NCBI GenBank assembly: GCA_042408215.1
Contig: JAYFMW010000028.1
Location: 1-64,000, forward strand
Origin: Microcoleus sp.
Lineage (GTDB): Bacteria > Cyanobacteriota > Cyanobacteriia > Cyanobacteriales > Microcoleaceae
Reading direction: 5' to 3'
Length of the DNA stretch: 64,000 nt
Positions 1-9,928 of the stretch are shown here, one piece after another. Below the pieces are notes generated by a model that was given only the letters and a program-made list of their open reading frames with translations, was not told the origin of the DNA and searched no databases. Position 1 is the stretch's first letter. The number at the start of each line of letters is the position of its first letter. Position numbers and translations under genes: made by a program.

Positions 1-764
1 CTAATTTCGGTTTTTTCCACTCGGCCACCGACGGCCATGTTGCCGCGAAATTCATTGCCGGTGGGAATGCGGTTGACAGCACCGATGGGTTTACCATCCA
101 ACAGTATAATCCGTTTGTCTCCGTCTTTTGCTTCCGGCAGATAAGTCTGAACCATCACTGGAGTTAGACCTTGTTGAGTGCTAATTTCGACTAGGGAATT
201 GAGATTGCGATCGCCATTTTCCAAAAATAAAATCCCTTCCCCAGCTTTGCCGCCCAAAGGTTTGAGCACTGCTGCTCCTTTTTTCTCGACAAATTGTCGA
301 ATTACCTCTTTACTTTGAGAGACAATTGTTTCTGGGATTGCTCCCTCAAATTGCAAAGCGTACATTTTTTCATTCGCATCCCGCAATCCTTTTGGACTAT
401 TAACTACTAAAGTTTTAGCGGGATCAATGTAGTCAAGCAGGTAAGTAGCGTAGAGATACGGAACGTTGACTGGGGGGTCTGTCCGCATAAATACTGCGTC
501 CATTGCTTCGAGGGGCTGCAAAGTCGGTGGTTCCACCTCGTACCAAACTTCAGCCTCCTTCCAGCGTCCTTCTACCAATTTTACTGGGGTGAGTGTCACC
601 CGACTGAGGATTCCCCAGGTTTTGCCGCCGATGACACTCAACTCGTTGGCTTGAGTCGCCCAGACTTCGTGACCCAACTCTTGGGCTGCTTCCATGAGGG
701 CTACGCTGGTATCGTGTCCTGGAATTAGTCGCGCGAGGGGATCGATGATGAATGCAAATTTCAT
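1..764 (-). CDS. gshB: glutathione synthetase (3' part runs off window start)
   Basis: Minus strand from ATG at 764 reads MKFAFIIDPLARLIPGHDTSVALMEAAQELGHEVW..., later FMRTDPP, KPLGGKAGEG and RGNMAVGG motifs; directly downstream of glutaredoxin. Confidence 0.93.
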   Translation of the reverse strand, partial: MKFAFIIDPLARLIPGHDTSVALMEAAQELGHEVWATQANELSVIGGKTWGILSRVTLTPVKLVEGRWKEAEVWYEVEPPTLQPLEAMDAVFMRTDPPVNVPYLYATYLLDYIDPAKTLVVNSPKGLRDANEKMYALQFEGAIPETIVSQSKEVIRQFVEKKGAAVLKPLGGKAGEGILFLENGDRNLNSLVEISTQQGLTPVMVQTYLPEAKDGDKRIILLDGKPIGAVNRIPTGNEFRGNMAVGGRVEKTEI

Positions 765-821
765 TTTCTGTTGGCACTTATGAATTGGTCGCAGGAAAAT
801 TCCACCAGCTAAAAGTAATTT

Positions 822-1082
822 TTATTTTGCTAGCAGTGGGTCTAGCTGGCCGAGAGCATCGAGTTCGTGGATGTCGTCGCAGCCGCCTACGTGTTGGTCG
901 TTAATGAAGATCTGAGGCAGCGATCGCCCTCCGTTGGCTCGATCGGCCATTTTAGCACGAGCTGCTTCATCTCCGTCGATCGCGTACTCTGTAAATTTCA
1001 CCCCTTTTTGCTTGAGCAGTGCTTTGGCACGAATGCAAAACGGGCAGGTTCTCCAAGTGTAAATTTCTACTTTAGGGGCCAT
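822..1082 (-). CDS. grxC: glutaredoxin 3
   Basis: MAPKVEIYTWRTCPFC...SLPQIFIND.HVGGCDD; CPFC active site; start taken at ATG 1082. Confidence 0.93.
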   Translation of the reverse strand: MAPKVEIYTWRTCPFCIRAKALLKQKGVKFTEYAIDGDEAARAKMADRANGGRSLPQIFINDQHVGGCDDIHELDALGQLDPLLAK

Positions 1083-1281
1083 CGGATACTCAAACAGTAA
1101 CAATATTCTTTTATTTTAATCTCTTAACCAATCTTATTTAAATTTTTATATAGTCGCAGCCAACCAGCTAGCTGTCAAGTTATTTTTCATACAAGTTATT
1201 TATTTATATACAAATAAATAACTACCCGCCCTTAAATAAACGGAGACATTTTGAAGGCAAACAGCAGATTTATCAGCCTGG

Positions 1282-1968
1282 CTAGCGCTGCTGACCAACC
1301 TGCTTGTTTCGCTTTCTGCCGCCACAAATCATTCCTGCACCTGTCAGCAGGAGTGCGATCGCAGTACCCGGTTCTGGGATAGCTGTTGACCTTACCGAAG
1401 GTGCGTTTATATATATATTGGCAAAGCTCGGCGATGCCGTCGGTTGGACTACCGGCAATGGCGGTATCGGGTCTGCTATGACTGCTGGTGATTGGACTAC
1501 CGGCGACGGTACCGGGTCTGCTATGACTGCTGGTGATTGGACTACCAGCGGTGGTACCGGGTCTGCTATGACTGCTGGTGATTGGACTACCGGCGACGGT
1601 ACCGGGTCTGCTATGACTGCTGGTGATTGGACTACCGGCGGTGGTACCGGGTCTGCTATGACTGCTGGTGATTGGACTACCGGTGGCGGTACCGGGTCTG
1701 CTATGACTGCTGGTGATTGGACTACCGGCGACGGTACCGGGTCTGCTATGACTGCTGGTGTCGGTTGCGGAGCCGATCGGGATGCTGCCGATCGGGATGC
1801 TGCTGATTGTGGGCTGGGGGTATTGTTAGGGGCGCAGGCACTAGAAAAATTTCCGGGCCCGCACACATCTATTTGAGCTGAAGCCGGAGGGGCGGCAGCT
1901 AGATAGTAGAACCCTGTTGCCATTGCGGCCCAGATTCCAATTGCTAGTTTTGCCAGTGGCGTACACAT
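1282..1968 (-). CDS. secreted PEP-CTERM protein with Pro-rich 15-aa tandem repeats
   Basis: N-terminal signal peptide (..ASA|Q), repeats AVIADPVP[SP]PVVQSP, C-terminal IPEPG + hydrophobic helix + RKRNK. Confidence 0.8.
   Translation of the reverse strand: MCTPLAKLAIGIWAAMATGFYYLAAAPPASAQIDVCGPGNFSSACAPNNTPSPQSAASRSAASRSAPQPTPAVIADPVPSPVVQSPAVIADPVPPPVVQSPAVIADPVPPPVVQSPAVIADPVPSPVVQSPAVIADPVPPLVVQSPAVIADPVPSPVVQSPAVIADPIPPLPVVQPTASPSFANIYINAPSVRSTAIPEPGTAIALLLTGAGMICGGRKRNKQVGQQR
1440..1760. repeat. 45-bp coding tandem repeat, about 6.5 copies
   Basis: Unit ccgggtctgctatgactgctggtgattggactaccggcgacggta with period 45. Confidence 0.95.
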
Positions 1969-2481
1969 AACTATTTAGTTAAACAGTGGTAAAATCTGAA
2001 ATATTGCTACAGATTAGCGCTGCACGGGCAAGGATTTTCGAGATCTTACAATTTGATGTTGGCTTTGGATTAGGTCTGTAAAAGATGATCCAGCGATTGA
2101 GGCGATCGCCCAAACGCTTTAATAACTTTATTCTATTTCACATTGGTGTCGTCTCTTCGGTAACATACTGCCAGAGCACCCTCTTTGATAACATACCGCA
2201 ACATCTTTTTGCAATCTCTTAACCAACAGCCGTTACAGCCATTAAAAAAGATGATTTTTACCTTGACTATCGCCTCCTGCCTCTTTGATAAAATACTATA
2301 TTTCGCAGAACGCAAACTAGCTCTGCCGTATATAGTTGGCGCAGACACATTTTGACTACTATTTTATCATCTCATACTTCAATGATATCTGTCCTCAGTA
2401 TATGTACGTATTTTGTCGCTTGTCAACTACTTAAAAGCAATATTTAAGTATTTACCGAGGGCAGATGGCTGGTCACTGAGC

Positions 2482-4254
2482 TTAGTCGAAGTGTTGATTA
2501 ACATATTGAATGAGCATCGCTAGTCTGTCGCGGAGTGTTTCCAGGCCGAGACCTTTTGCCGCCGAAATAAATACGGCTTGAGGAAACTCTTCTCGGGCGA
2601 GGGCGAGAGTATCTTCATCTACTGCGTCGATTTTGTTAAAGGCTACAATGGCAGGCCCAGGGGTTACGGGCATATCTGTCAATATATTCATGACCGATCG
2701 AATTTGACTCTGCCACGCGGGATGGGAGAGATCGACGACGTGCAGCAAAGCATCGGCATCAGTCACTTCTTCGAGGGTGGCGCGAAAAGCATCGATCAAG
2801 GCGGGGGGTAGTTCGCGAATAAAGCCCACTGTGTCTGTGAGGACGATGGACAGTGGTTCCTCGGCGACGGGGCCCGGAATCGTTAGCCGTCGGGTGGTGG
2901 GGTCGAGGGTCGCAAATAACTGGTCGGCGGCGTAGACCTCGGAATTGGTGAGCAGGTTGAGCAGAGTGGATTTGCCGGCGTTGGTGTAGCCGACGATCGC
3001 GATCGAGGGTACTTCGTGCTGGTGGCGGTTTTGGCGCAGCCGGAAGCGGTGGGCTAGCAGTTGATTTACTTCTTGCTGCAAGCGAGCAATCCGTTTGGCG
3101 ATCGTCCGCCGTTCTGTTTCCAGTTTAGTTTCCCCAGGCCCTCTGGTACCGATGCCGCCACCTTGTCTCGACATCGCCTGACCGCGACCTCTGAGCCTGG
3201 GCAGGGTGTACTGTAGTTGAGCGAGTTCGACTTGCAATTTACCCTCGCTCGATCGAGCTCTTTGGGCGAAGATGTCGAGAATTACTTCTGTGCGATCGAC
3301 TACCCGAATACCGAGCAGAGTTTCTAGGTTCCGTATTTGTGCGGAGGAGAGGTCGCGATCGAATACAACGAGGTTAGCGCTAATCGTCTGAGCCGTCAGG
3401 GCAATTTCCTGAACTTTGCCTTCGCCTACGACTGTTTGGGGGTGCGGGCGCGATCGCTTTTGGCGCACTGTTTGCAGTACCTGACCCCCGGCGCTGTCAA
3501 CCAGCCGCGTGATTTCTGCGAGTCCGTCCTCAAAATCCAGCAGAGTCATCTCCTGAGTCATTACCCCTACTAGGAGCACTTTGTCTTGATCTGCATCAAC
3601 TTGTCTGGCGACAAACTCCTCTTCAAACTCTGCTTCGAGTCCTTCGACCAGATCCAGAAAGTCTTGGTCTGCGAGCTCGTCGAGACTCAGCGGTTCAGAT
3701 ACTGTCCACGGAGAGTTGAGAGTGGGCATTTGTGAGCTTTGAATAGCAGATTCTGCTACCTGAGAACTCAAAACTGACAACTCCAAACTGGCCTGATGTG
3801 CTTGGGGGATCAGGTGAGCGAGATAGGTTGCTTCGATGTAACCGGTGGCACCGCCGCCTCGGCGCTGAAATCCTAGCCCTGTCAGTGTCAGCCAAACTAA
3901 GGCGTCCAGCCGCTGAATTGCCATTGCTGTCAGGGCGGCTTCGCTTGGTGTTTCTGGTTTCAGGTGGGTGGCGATGCAGCGAATGCCGCTGAGGCGACCT
4001 CCTCCGTAGCGGGGCAATTCTACGGGCGGAATCTGCGTTTGGCGGGGACTCCCGACGCCGACGCGAATTACTTGTCCGCGACGGTTGATGTAGATGCAGA
4101 TTGGTTCGTCAATTTCGGTGCTGATGGCGGCTACGCGCTGGGCAAATTCGGTTGTGGTAAAGCGATCGCCCGGAAGTCGCTGGTGGTAAAGTTTTTCTAG
4201 TTGCTTGAGCTGGCTGGACTTTAACCCTTGCAGATTGCCGTAGATGGTTTCGAT
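2482..4254 (-). CDS. hflX: GTPase HflX, long cyanobacterial form, probable ATC start
   Basis: GYTNAGKST, DQLFATLDPT, DTVGF, NKID motifs; frame stays open upstream of the TTG at 4017 to IETIYGNLQGLK; GGAGA upstream of ATC at 4254. Confidence 0.9.
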   Translation of the reverse strand: METIYGNLQGLKSSQLKQLEKLYHQRLPGDRFTTTEFAQRVAAISTEIDEPICIYINRRGQVIRVGVGSPRQTQIPPVELPRYGGGRLSGIRCIATHLKPETPSEAALTAMAIQRLDALVWLTLTGLGFQRRGGGATGYIEATYLAHLIPQAHQASLELSVLSSQVAESAIQSSQMPTLNSPWTVSEPLSLDELADQDFLDLVEGLEAEFEEEFVARQVDADQDKVLLVGVMTQEMTLLDFEDGLAEITRLVDSAGGQVLQTVRQKRSRPHPQTVVGEGKVQEIALTAQTISANLVVFDRDLSSAQIRNLETLLGIRVVDRTEVILDIFAQRARSSEGKLQVELAQLQYTLPRLRGRGQAMSRQGGGIGTRGPGETKLETERRTIAKRIARLQQEVNQLLAHRFRLRQNRHQHEVPSIAIVGYTNAGKSTLLNLLTNSEVYAADQLFATLDPTTRRLTIPGPVAEEPLSIVLTDTVGFIRELPPALIDAFRATLEEVTDADALLHVVDLSHPAWQSQIRSVMNILTDMPVTPGPAIVAFNKIDAVDEDTLALAREEFPQAVFISAAKGLGLETLRDRLAMLIQYVNQHFD

Positions 4255-4437
4255 AACTGTTTCTCCCGATCGCTCTGTTGATCTAATTATTTTAATTATG
4301 GCAAAGCGCGATCGTGTTCTGGTTGTAAGTTAAGATTTGCTGGCGCGGGCTTTGCTGTTGCGGGATTCTGGATCGGCTCTTTCCAAAGCAAAGCGCTGCT
4401 GCTGAGCCGAAAATTTCGATCTCAAATCTCAAATCGA

Positions 4438-4821
4438 TTGATGTCATCTCAAGTTGTTTTTGGAAATGCGGGCGCTGAAGGTGCAAGTCGGGGCGGTTGG
4501 TTTGCTGGTCACTTTATCACCCCTAAAGATGACCCTCGATCGACTTCTATGTTAGAGGTAAAATGGGGCGTTCACCAAGCCGGAGACTGTAGAACAGAGT
4601 GGGCGGTAAATGCGGAAGCAACCACGCTTTCTATCCCGATCAAAGGGCGCTTTCGCTTGCAATTTCCCGATTGCGAAATCTTGCTATCTCGCGAGGGAGA
4701 CTACGCTTTGTGGATGCCAGGAGTGCCTCATTATTGGTCTGCGGAGGAGGATTCTGCGATCGTCACTGTGCGTTGGCCTTCCCTATCTGGAGATAGTTTG
4801 AGCCTTAAAAATTCACTTTAA
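4438..4821 (+). CDS. small cupin-like protein
   Basis: GWFAGHF..EVKWGVH..GRFRL..GDYALW.PGVPH.W beta-barrel pattern. Confidence 0.6.
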   Translation: MMSSQVVFGNAGAEGASRGGWFAGHFITPKDDPRSTSMLEVKWGVHQAGDCRTEWAVNAEATTLSIPIKGRFRLQFPDCEILLSREGDYALWMPGVPHYWSAEEDSAIVTVRWPSLSGDSLSLKNSL

Positions 4822-5884
4822 CTTCGGGAACCAAAACCCGGCCCTTGTAACCCGCACGCTGGTAGCGGGCGATCGCCTCTGAGGCGATAACACCCGCTTT
4901 TCCGCTTTCAACCAGCGCAACACAAGCACCACCAAAACCTCCGCCCGTAAGCCTTGCACCGAATACTCCGGGGGTTTCCTGCAATATTGCGGCTAGGGCG
5001 TCTACTGCTGGTGTCGAAACTTCATAGTCGTCGCGCTGGCTGGTGTGTGAGGCATTCATTAACTGGCCGAAACGCTCTCCTGGCAAGGACTTCAAAGCTT
5101 CGAGGACGCGGTTGTTTTCAGTAACGACGTGGCGAGCACGCCTCCTGAGAGGTTCTGGTAATACTTCCACAGCTTGCGAAGTGGCGATATCTCTGAGGGC
5201 TTTAACTCCCAGTAACCGGGCGGATTCCTCACACTCGGCGCGCCGCTGGTTGTAGCCACTACCTGCTGCTAGGTTATGGCTTTCGCCGCTGTCAATTACT
5301 AAAATTTCTGTGCTTGTGGGAAAAGGTATCGGGCGGCATTCGAGGCTGCGGGTGTCGAGAAATAGCATGGTGTTGGTGTCGGCTAAACTCGATGCCATTT
5401 GGTCCATGATGCCACAGTTCAAGCCGGCATATCGGATTTCGGCTAGCTGTCCGATTTGAGCCAGCCGCACGTCGTCTAGGGGGAGGTTGAGGAGGGCGCG
5501 CAATCCTCTGAGGGTGGCTATTTCTAAGGCTGCGCTGCTGGACAAACCGGCGCCGATCGGCACATTGGAGGTAATGTAGAGATTTATTGGCGGTATTTTG
5601 TATCCTTCTTTTTCTACAAGTCTGATGCAGCCGCAGATGTAACTAACGAATTTTTGCGGTATGGTATCGTCGTCTGAAAAATTTATCAGTTCGTCAAATT
5701 CTACTGAATAAAAATGATGTTTGTGGTCGCTACTAAATCCTAGTTGTACTGTTGTGCGTTGGGGAATAGCAGTGGGAAGTACAAATCCGTCGTTATAGTC
5801 TGTGTGTTCGCCGAGTAGGTTTACTCTGCCGGGGGCGCTGGCTTGGGTTTTGGGTAATGTACCAAATACTCGTTGGAAGTTCAT
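4805..5884 (-). CDS. galK: galactokinase
   Basis: APGRVNLLGEHTDYNDG, PIGAGLSSSA, CGIMDQ, GARLTGGGFGG; start at ATG 5884 because the upstream ORF extension is translated STRR. Confidence 0.93.
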   Translation of the reverse strand: MNFQRVFGTLPKTQASAPGRVNLLGEHTDYNDGFVLPTAIPQRTTVQLGFSSDHKHHFYSVEFDELINFSDDDTIPQKFVSYICGCIRLVEKEGYKIPPINLYITSNVPIGAGLSSSAALEIATLRGLRALLNLPLDDVRLAQIGQLAEIRYAGLNCGIMDQMASSLADTNTMLFLDTRSLECRPIPFPTSTEILVIDSGESHNLAAGSGYNQRRAECEESARLLGVKALRDIATSQAVEVLPEPLRRRARHVVTENNRVLEALKSLPGERFGQLMNASHTSQRDDYEVSTPAVDALAAILQETPGVFGARLTGGGFGGACVALVESGKAGVIASEAIARYQRAGYKGRVLVPEVKVNF

Positions 5885-5887
5885 TTT

Positions 5888-5962
5888 TGGGGAATGGGGA
5901 ATGGGGCATTGGGCATGGGGAATTGGGTCTGGGGAATGGGGAATTGGGCATGGGGATTGGGG
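5888..5962. repeat. heptamer STRR tract (GGGAATG/GGGCATT/GGGAATT)
   Basis: 7-bp periodic repeats immediately upstream of galK. Confidence 0.85.
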
Positions 5963-6120
5963 AGAAAAAAAAATATTTTTCATCGTTGCTCCTTTGATGA
6001 TGACCAATTTTTTTCCTGGATTCAAGACCTGTTAACAAAATGTAATCATGCCGGAATGGCTGCAAAAACTATTGGCTTGTGATATAATGAGAAATTAAGA
6101 TTTTTCCCAAATTTCAAAAA

Positions 6121-6954
6121 ATGCGATCGACCATCCCCCGGAAACAGTTTGCTCAACATTGGCTCAAAAGTGAAAAAGTTTTAGATAGGATTATCAAAGC
6201 TGCGAATTTGTCAGGCGATCGCGTGCTCGAAATCGGGCCTGGTACTGGCATTCTCACCAAGCGCTTGCTGCCTGCGGCTGAGTCTGTTGTTGCTGTGGAA
6301 ATCGATCGAGATTTGTGTCTCAAGCTAGCCAAACAATTTGGCGCATCCGATAACTTTTTATTGCTGCAAGGCGACTTCCTAGAGATGGATTTGGATGCTC
6401 AACTCGCTGCTTTTCGCAAATTCCAAAATCCGAATAAAGTTGTTGCCAATATTCCTTACAATATTACGGGACCGATCCTGCAAAAACTACTAGGAACGAT
6501 ATCTGTTCCTGCTGCTAAACCCTTCGATTCGATCGTGCTGTTGGTGCAGAAAGAAGTAGCGGAAAGACTTTATGCTAAACCGAGTTCGAGAGCCTTCGGC
6601 GCGCTGTCGGTGCGGGTACAATATTTGGCAGAATGCGAGTTAATTTGCGACGTGCAGGCTAAAGACTTTTTTCCGCCGCCAAAAGTTGCATCGGCGGTGG
6701 TACGGCTGCGTCCGAGATTGATAGAAACTCCTGCTGTTAATCCGCGCCATTTGGAGAATTTAGTTAAGTTGGGATTTAGTAGCAAGCGCAAGATGCTGCG
6801 AAATAATTTGAAAGGGGCTGTGGATTTAGATAAACTCGTTCAATTGCTAGAAGAGTTACAGATAAATCCTCAATCTCGCGCGGAAGATTTAAGCGTTGCG
6901 GAATGGATAGCTGTGAGTAATAATTTGTTGCCTGAAGATATTGTTGAGCAATAA
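6121..6954 (+). CDS. rsmA: 16S rRNA m6,2A dimethyltransferase
   Basis: FAQHWL, VLEIGPGTG, VANIPYNIT, QKEVAERL, FFPPPKV. Confidence 0.95.
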   Translation: MRSTIPRKQFAQHWLKSEKVLDRIIKAANLSGDRVLEIGPGTGILTKRLLPAAESVVAVEIDRDLCLKLAKQFGASDNFLLLQGDFLEMDLDAQLAAFRKFQNPNKVVANIPYNITGPILQKLLGTISVPAAKPFDSIVLLVQKEVAERLYAKPSSRAFGALSVRVQYLAECELICDVQAKDFFPPPKVASAVVRLRPRLIETPAVNPRHLENLVKLGFSSKRKMLRNNLKGAVDLDKLVQLLEELQINPQSRAEDLSVAEWIAVSNNLLPEDIVEQ

Positions 6955-7201
6955 TTTCCGGCGATCCCCTAGGAGATATTTGCGAAGAAATATTGTCTGT
7001 TAGCGAATCTGAGGGCAACATGAAGCCAGACTAACTTGCTGTGCCAAAGATAGCAGTGGCCGTGAGGAATAAATGACCCGGAACTAAAAAAAGTTTTCTA
7101 GAATTCTAGCAGAATATTTCCTTTGAGTTGTGAGAAAATGGACTCGGACTGGTGTCAATTAATTTCAACCTGGGGTTTCCTTCACCGCAGCCTAATCACT
7201 T

Positions 7202-8188
7202 ATGCGTTCATATTCTCTGCTAGCTTCAGCAAAAATCAATCTGTATTTAGAGATAATAGGCGATCGCCCAGACGGATATCACGAACTGGCGATGGTGCTT
7301 CAAAGCATAGATTTAGCCGATCGCATAGACTTGCGGGCGATCGGTACAGACACAATTCGCGTGCGCTGCGATCACCCCCAAGTCCCTGCTGATAAGAATA
7401 ACCTCGCTTACCGGGCGGCCGATTTGTTGGCGAAGCAATTCCCCGATGCTTTGGCGAGATACGGGGGAGTCGAAATTGCCATTCACAAGCAGATTCCGGT
7501 GGCGGCGGGGCTCGCTGGCGGTTCGGCAAATGCGGCGGCGGTTTTAGTCGGGATGGATTTGTTGTGGGAATTGGGACTCACTCAGTCGGAGTTGCAAGAG
7601 TTGGGGGGAACTTTGGGATCGGATGTGCCTTTTTGCATTGCTGGAGGTACGGCTTTGGCAACCGGTCGCGGGGATGAACTCTCGCCGCTGCCGGATTTGG
7701 GGAGTTTGTGCGTGGTGTTGGCGAAGTACCGAAATCTCAGTATTTCTACGGCTTGGGCGTATCAAACTTATCGCCAGCAGTTCAGTAGTTCCTATTGTGC
7801 GCCGGAGGATTTGGATTGTCGCCGGGAACGGCTGCATTCGGGCCCGATGGTGGGGGCGATCGCCCAAAAAGATCGATCGAAAATTGGTCAATTGCTGCAT
7901 AATGATTTGGAGAAAGTTGCTTTACCTGTGTACCCCCAGGTGTTGCAGTTGCGCGAGGCTTTTGAGTCGGCGGGGGTTTTGGGAACGATGATGTCCGGTT
8001 CTGGGCCGACGGTGTTTGCGTTGGCTGAGTCTTTGGCCCAAGCCGAGGAGGTTCGGGAACGGGTGAAAAGTGCGATGGTTGGTGAGGGAAGTCGAACCAT
8101 CGCCTCTCCAGATTTGGATTTTTGGGTAGCAAAGTTTAGCAATACTGGGATTCGGATTGTTTCGGATGAAAATGATTTGAAACCGTAG
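7202..8188 (+). CDS. ispE: 4-diphosphocytidyl-2-C-methyl-D-erythritol kinase
   Basis: AKINLYL, IPVAAGLAGGS, GSDVPF, MSGSGPTVF. Confidence 0.95.
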   Translation: MRSYSLLASAKINLYLEIIGDRPDGYHELAMVLQSIDLADRIDLRAIGTDTIRVRCDHPQVPADKNNLAYRAADLLAKQFPDALARYGGVEIAIHKQIPVAAGLAGGSANAAAVLVGMDLLWELGLTQSELQELGGTLGSDVPFCIAGGTALATGRGDELSPLPDLGSLCVVLAKYRNLSISTAWAYQTYRQQFSSSYCAPEDLDCRRERLHSGPMVGAIAQKDRSKIGQLLHNDLEKVALPVYPQVLQLREAFESAGVLGTMMSGSGPTVFALAESLAQAEEVRERVKSAMVGEGSRTIASPDLDFWVAKFSNTGIRIVSDENDLKP

Positions 8189-8326
8189 ATGAACGCCGAC
8201 AGGGATGAATCTAATTTTTTCGAGAGTATCAGCTTGAAAAACTGGTAAAATGGAACGAAACACGGATTTTAATTTTGGTCAATTAACCCGAAATCTAAAA
8301 TCTCAACTCTCAACTCTAAAATCGAA

Positions 8327-8680
8327 ATGGCTGATTTAACTAATCCCAATTCTACTTCTCAATCTCCAACTTCTGTTGAGGATGCTTTGCCGGCATCGCC
8401 TCAGCCACCAACGGTATTGCGGTGCGTGACTGGTTCGCTGATGGCGGGCGGGTTTGCGGCGGCTTTGTATGCGCTTACTTTGTCGATCGCTCAAACTTTT
8501 GCCAACAAGCCGATTCATTCTGACAATGTGACTGTGATTAACATTGCGGCGGCTGTGCGGACTTTGGTAATGGGAATTGTGGCTTTGGGAGGCGGTGTTT
8601 TTGCTTTTGCTGCTGTGGGTTTGATGGCGCTGGCTTTGCAAATTTTGATTCAAAATTTTGCGAAGAAACCCACAGTTTAA
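8327..8680 (+). CDS. DUF3082-like membrane protein
   Basis: Two hydrophobic helices, NIAAAVRTLV motif; follows ispE. Confidence 0.7.
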   Translation: MADLTNPNSTSQSPTSVEDALPASPQPPTVLRCVTGSLMAGGFAAALYALTLSIAQTFANKPIHSDNVTVINIAAAVRTLVMGIVALGGGVFAFAAVGLMALALQILIQNFAKKPTV

Positions 8681-8740
8681 AACAATCGGGTTAGACAAAC
8701 TTTCCTGGGCTGGCGCGGACTGAATACCAAAATAAAAGCA

Positions 8741-9391
8741 ATGGAATTATTTACGATCGGTCACTCAAATCTGAGTATTGAAGCGTTTGTTTTGCTGCTG
8801 CAACAACATGGAATTACCGCAGTGGCAGATGTGCGATCGCACCCTTTCAGCCGCTATTTACCCCATTTCAATCAATCGGAAATTAAAGCCTCTCTGTCTG
8901 GTGCCGGCATTCAATACGTTTTTTTAGGTAAAGAATTGGGCGCAAGACCGGAAGATTTAAGCTGTTACGATGTTAGTGGTAAAGCTTTATACCAACGCAT
9001 CGCCGCCACTCCTCTATTCTCCGAAGGAATTCAGCGCTTACTTAAAGGTGCAGCCAATTATAAAATCAGTCTAATGTGTGCGGAAAAAGACCCGATTACT
9101 TGTCATCGGACTATTTTAGTTTGCCACAAACTGAAAGATTTTAACTTGCAGATTAATCACATTCTGTCCGATGGCAATTTAGAATCGCACCAGGATTTAG
9201 AAGCCAGACTTTTAAGCAAGTTTAATACTTGTGCTGAGCGTAGTCGAAGTAAAGGCAAAAAAAATGATGAACCAATTCAATTAAGTTTGTTTGAATTAGA
9301 GCCTCGTGTGAAAACTGAAATAGTTGATTTAGAATCAGCTTATTATCGTCACGGATTGGAAATCGCTTATGTCACAAAAGAAAGCAATTAA
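8741..9391 (+). CDS. DUF488 family protein
   Basis: FTIGHSN, DVRS.P.S, LGARP, MCAEKDP.TCHR. Confidence 0.85.
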   Translation: MELFTIGHSNLSIEAFVLLLQQHGITAVADVRSHPFSRYLPHFNQSEIKASLSGAGIQYVFLGKELGARPEDLSCYDVSGKALYQRIAATPLFSEGIQRLLKGAANYKISLMCAEKDPITCHRTILVCHKLKDFNLQINHILSDGNLESHQDLEARLLSKFNTCAERSRSKGKKNDEPIQLSLFELEPRVKTEIVDLESAYYRHGLEIAYVTKESN

Positions 9392-9821
9392 TTTATTTAC
9401 AATTGGTTTTACTCAAAAAAGTGCCGAGGAGTTTTTTGGGACTTTGATGCAAGCGGGAGTCCGCAGGGTGATAGATACGCGACTAAATAATGTATCACAG
9501 TTGGCTGGTTTTGCTAAGCGGAAAGATTTAGAATATTTTCTGCGAACAATTGGTAATATTGAGTATGTTCATGTGCTGGATTTAGCGCCGACTCAAGATA
9601 TTTTGGATGATTATAAAAAGAAAAAGGGAGATTGGGATGTTTATGAACAGCAGTTTTTGGGCTTAATGCGCGATCGACAAATTGAACACAAGGTTTCATC
9701 AGATCTGATAGACTGTTCGTGTCTGCTTTGTAGCGAACCCAAACCTCATAATTGTCACCGCCGCTTAGTCGCTGAATATCTCAGCGATAAGTGGAAAAAT
9801 GTCAAGATTAATCATCTTTGA
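9369..9821 (+). CDS. DUF488 family protein (short type)
   Basis: FTIGFT, DTRL, LAPT, LCSE..P..CHRR; overlaps upstream gene. Confidence 0.85.
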   Translation: MSQKKAINLFTIGFTQKSAEEFFGTLMQAGVRRVIDTRLNNVSQLAGFAKRKDLEYFLRTIGNIEYVHVLDLAPTQDILDDYKKKKGDWDVYEQQFLGLMRDRQIEHKVSSDLIDCSCLLCSEPKPHNCHRRLVAEYLSDKWKNVKINHL

Positions 9822-9928
9822 TATTTAGTAAGGTGCGTCAGATCGGAGATTTTCAATCATCGCCCTAGAACTTCGTCTGACGCACCCTACCACTAATCTA
9901 CAATCTAAAATCTAAAATCTAAAATCCC

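Noticed and set aside
1304..1876. 190-aa plus-strand ORF resembling an ice-nucleation or antifreeze repeat
   Set aside because: It is the antisense shadow of the 45-bp repeat; the minus-strand ORF has a signal peptide and PEP-CTERM tail
5885..6025. Pro/His-rich N-terminal extension of GalK
   Set aside because: Translated STRR tract
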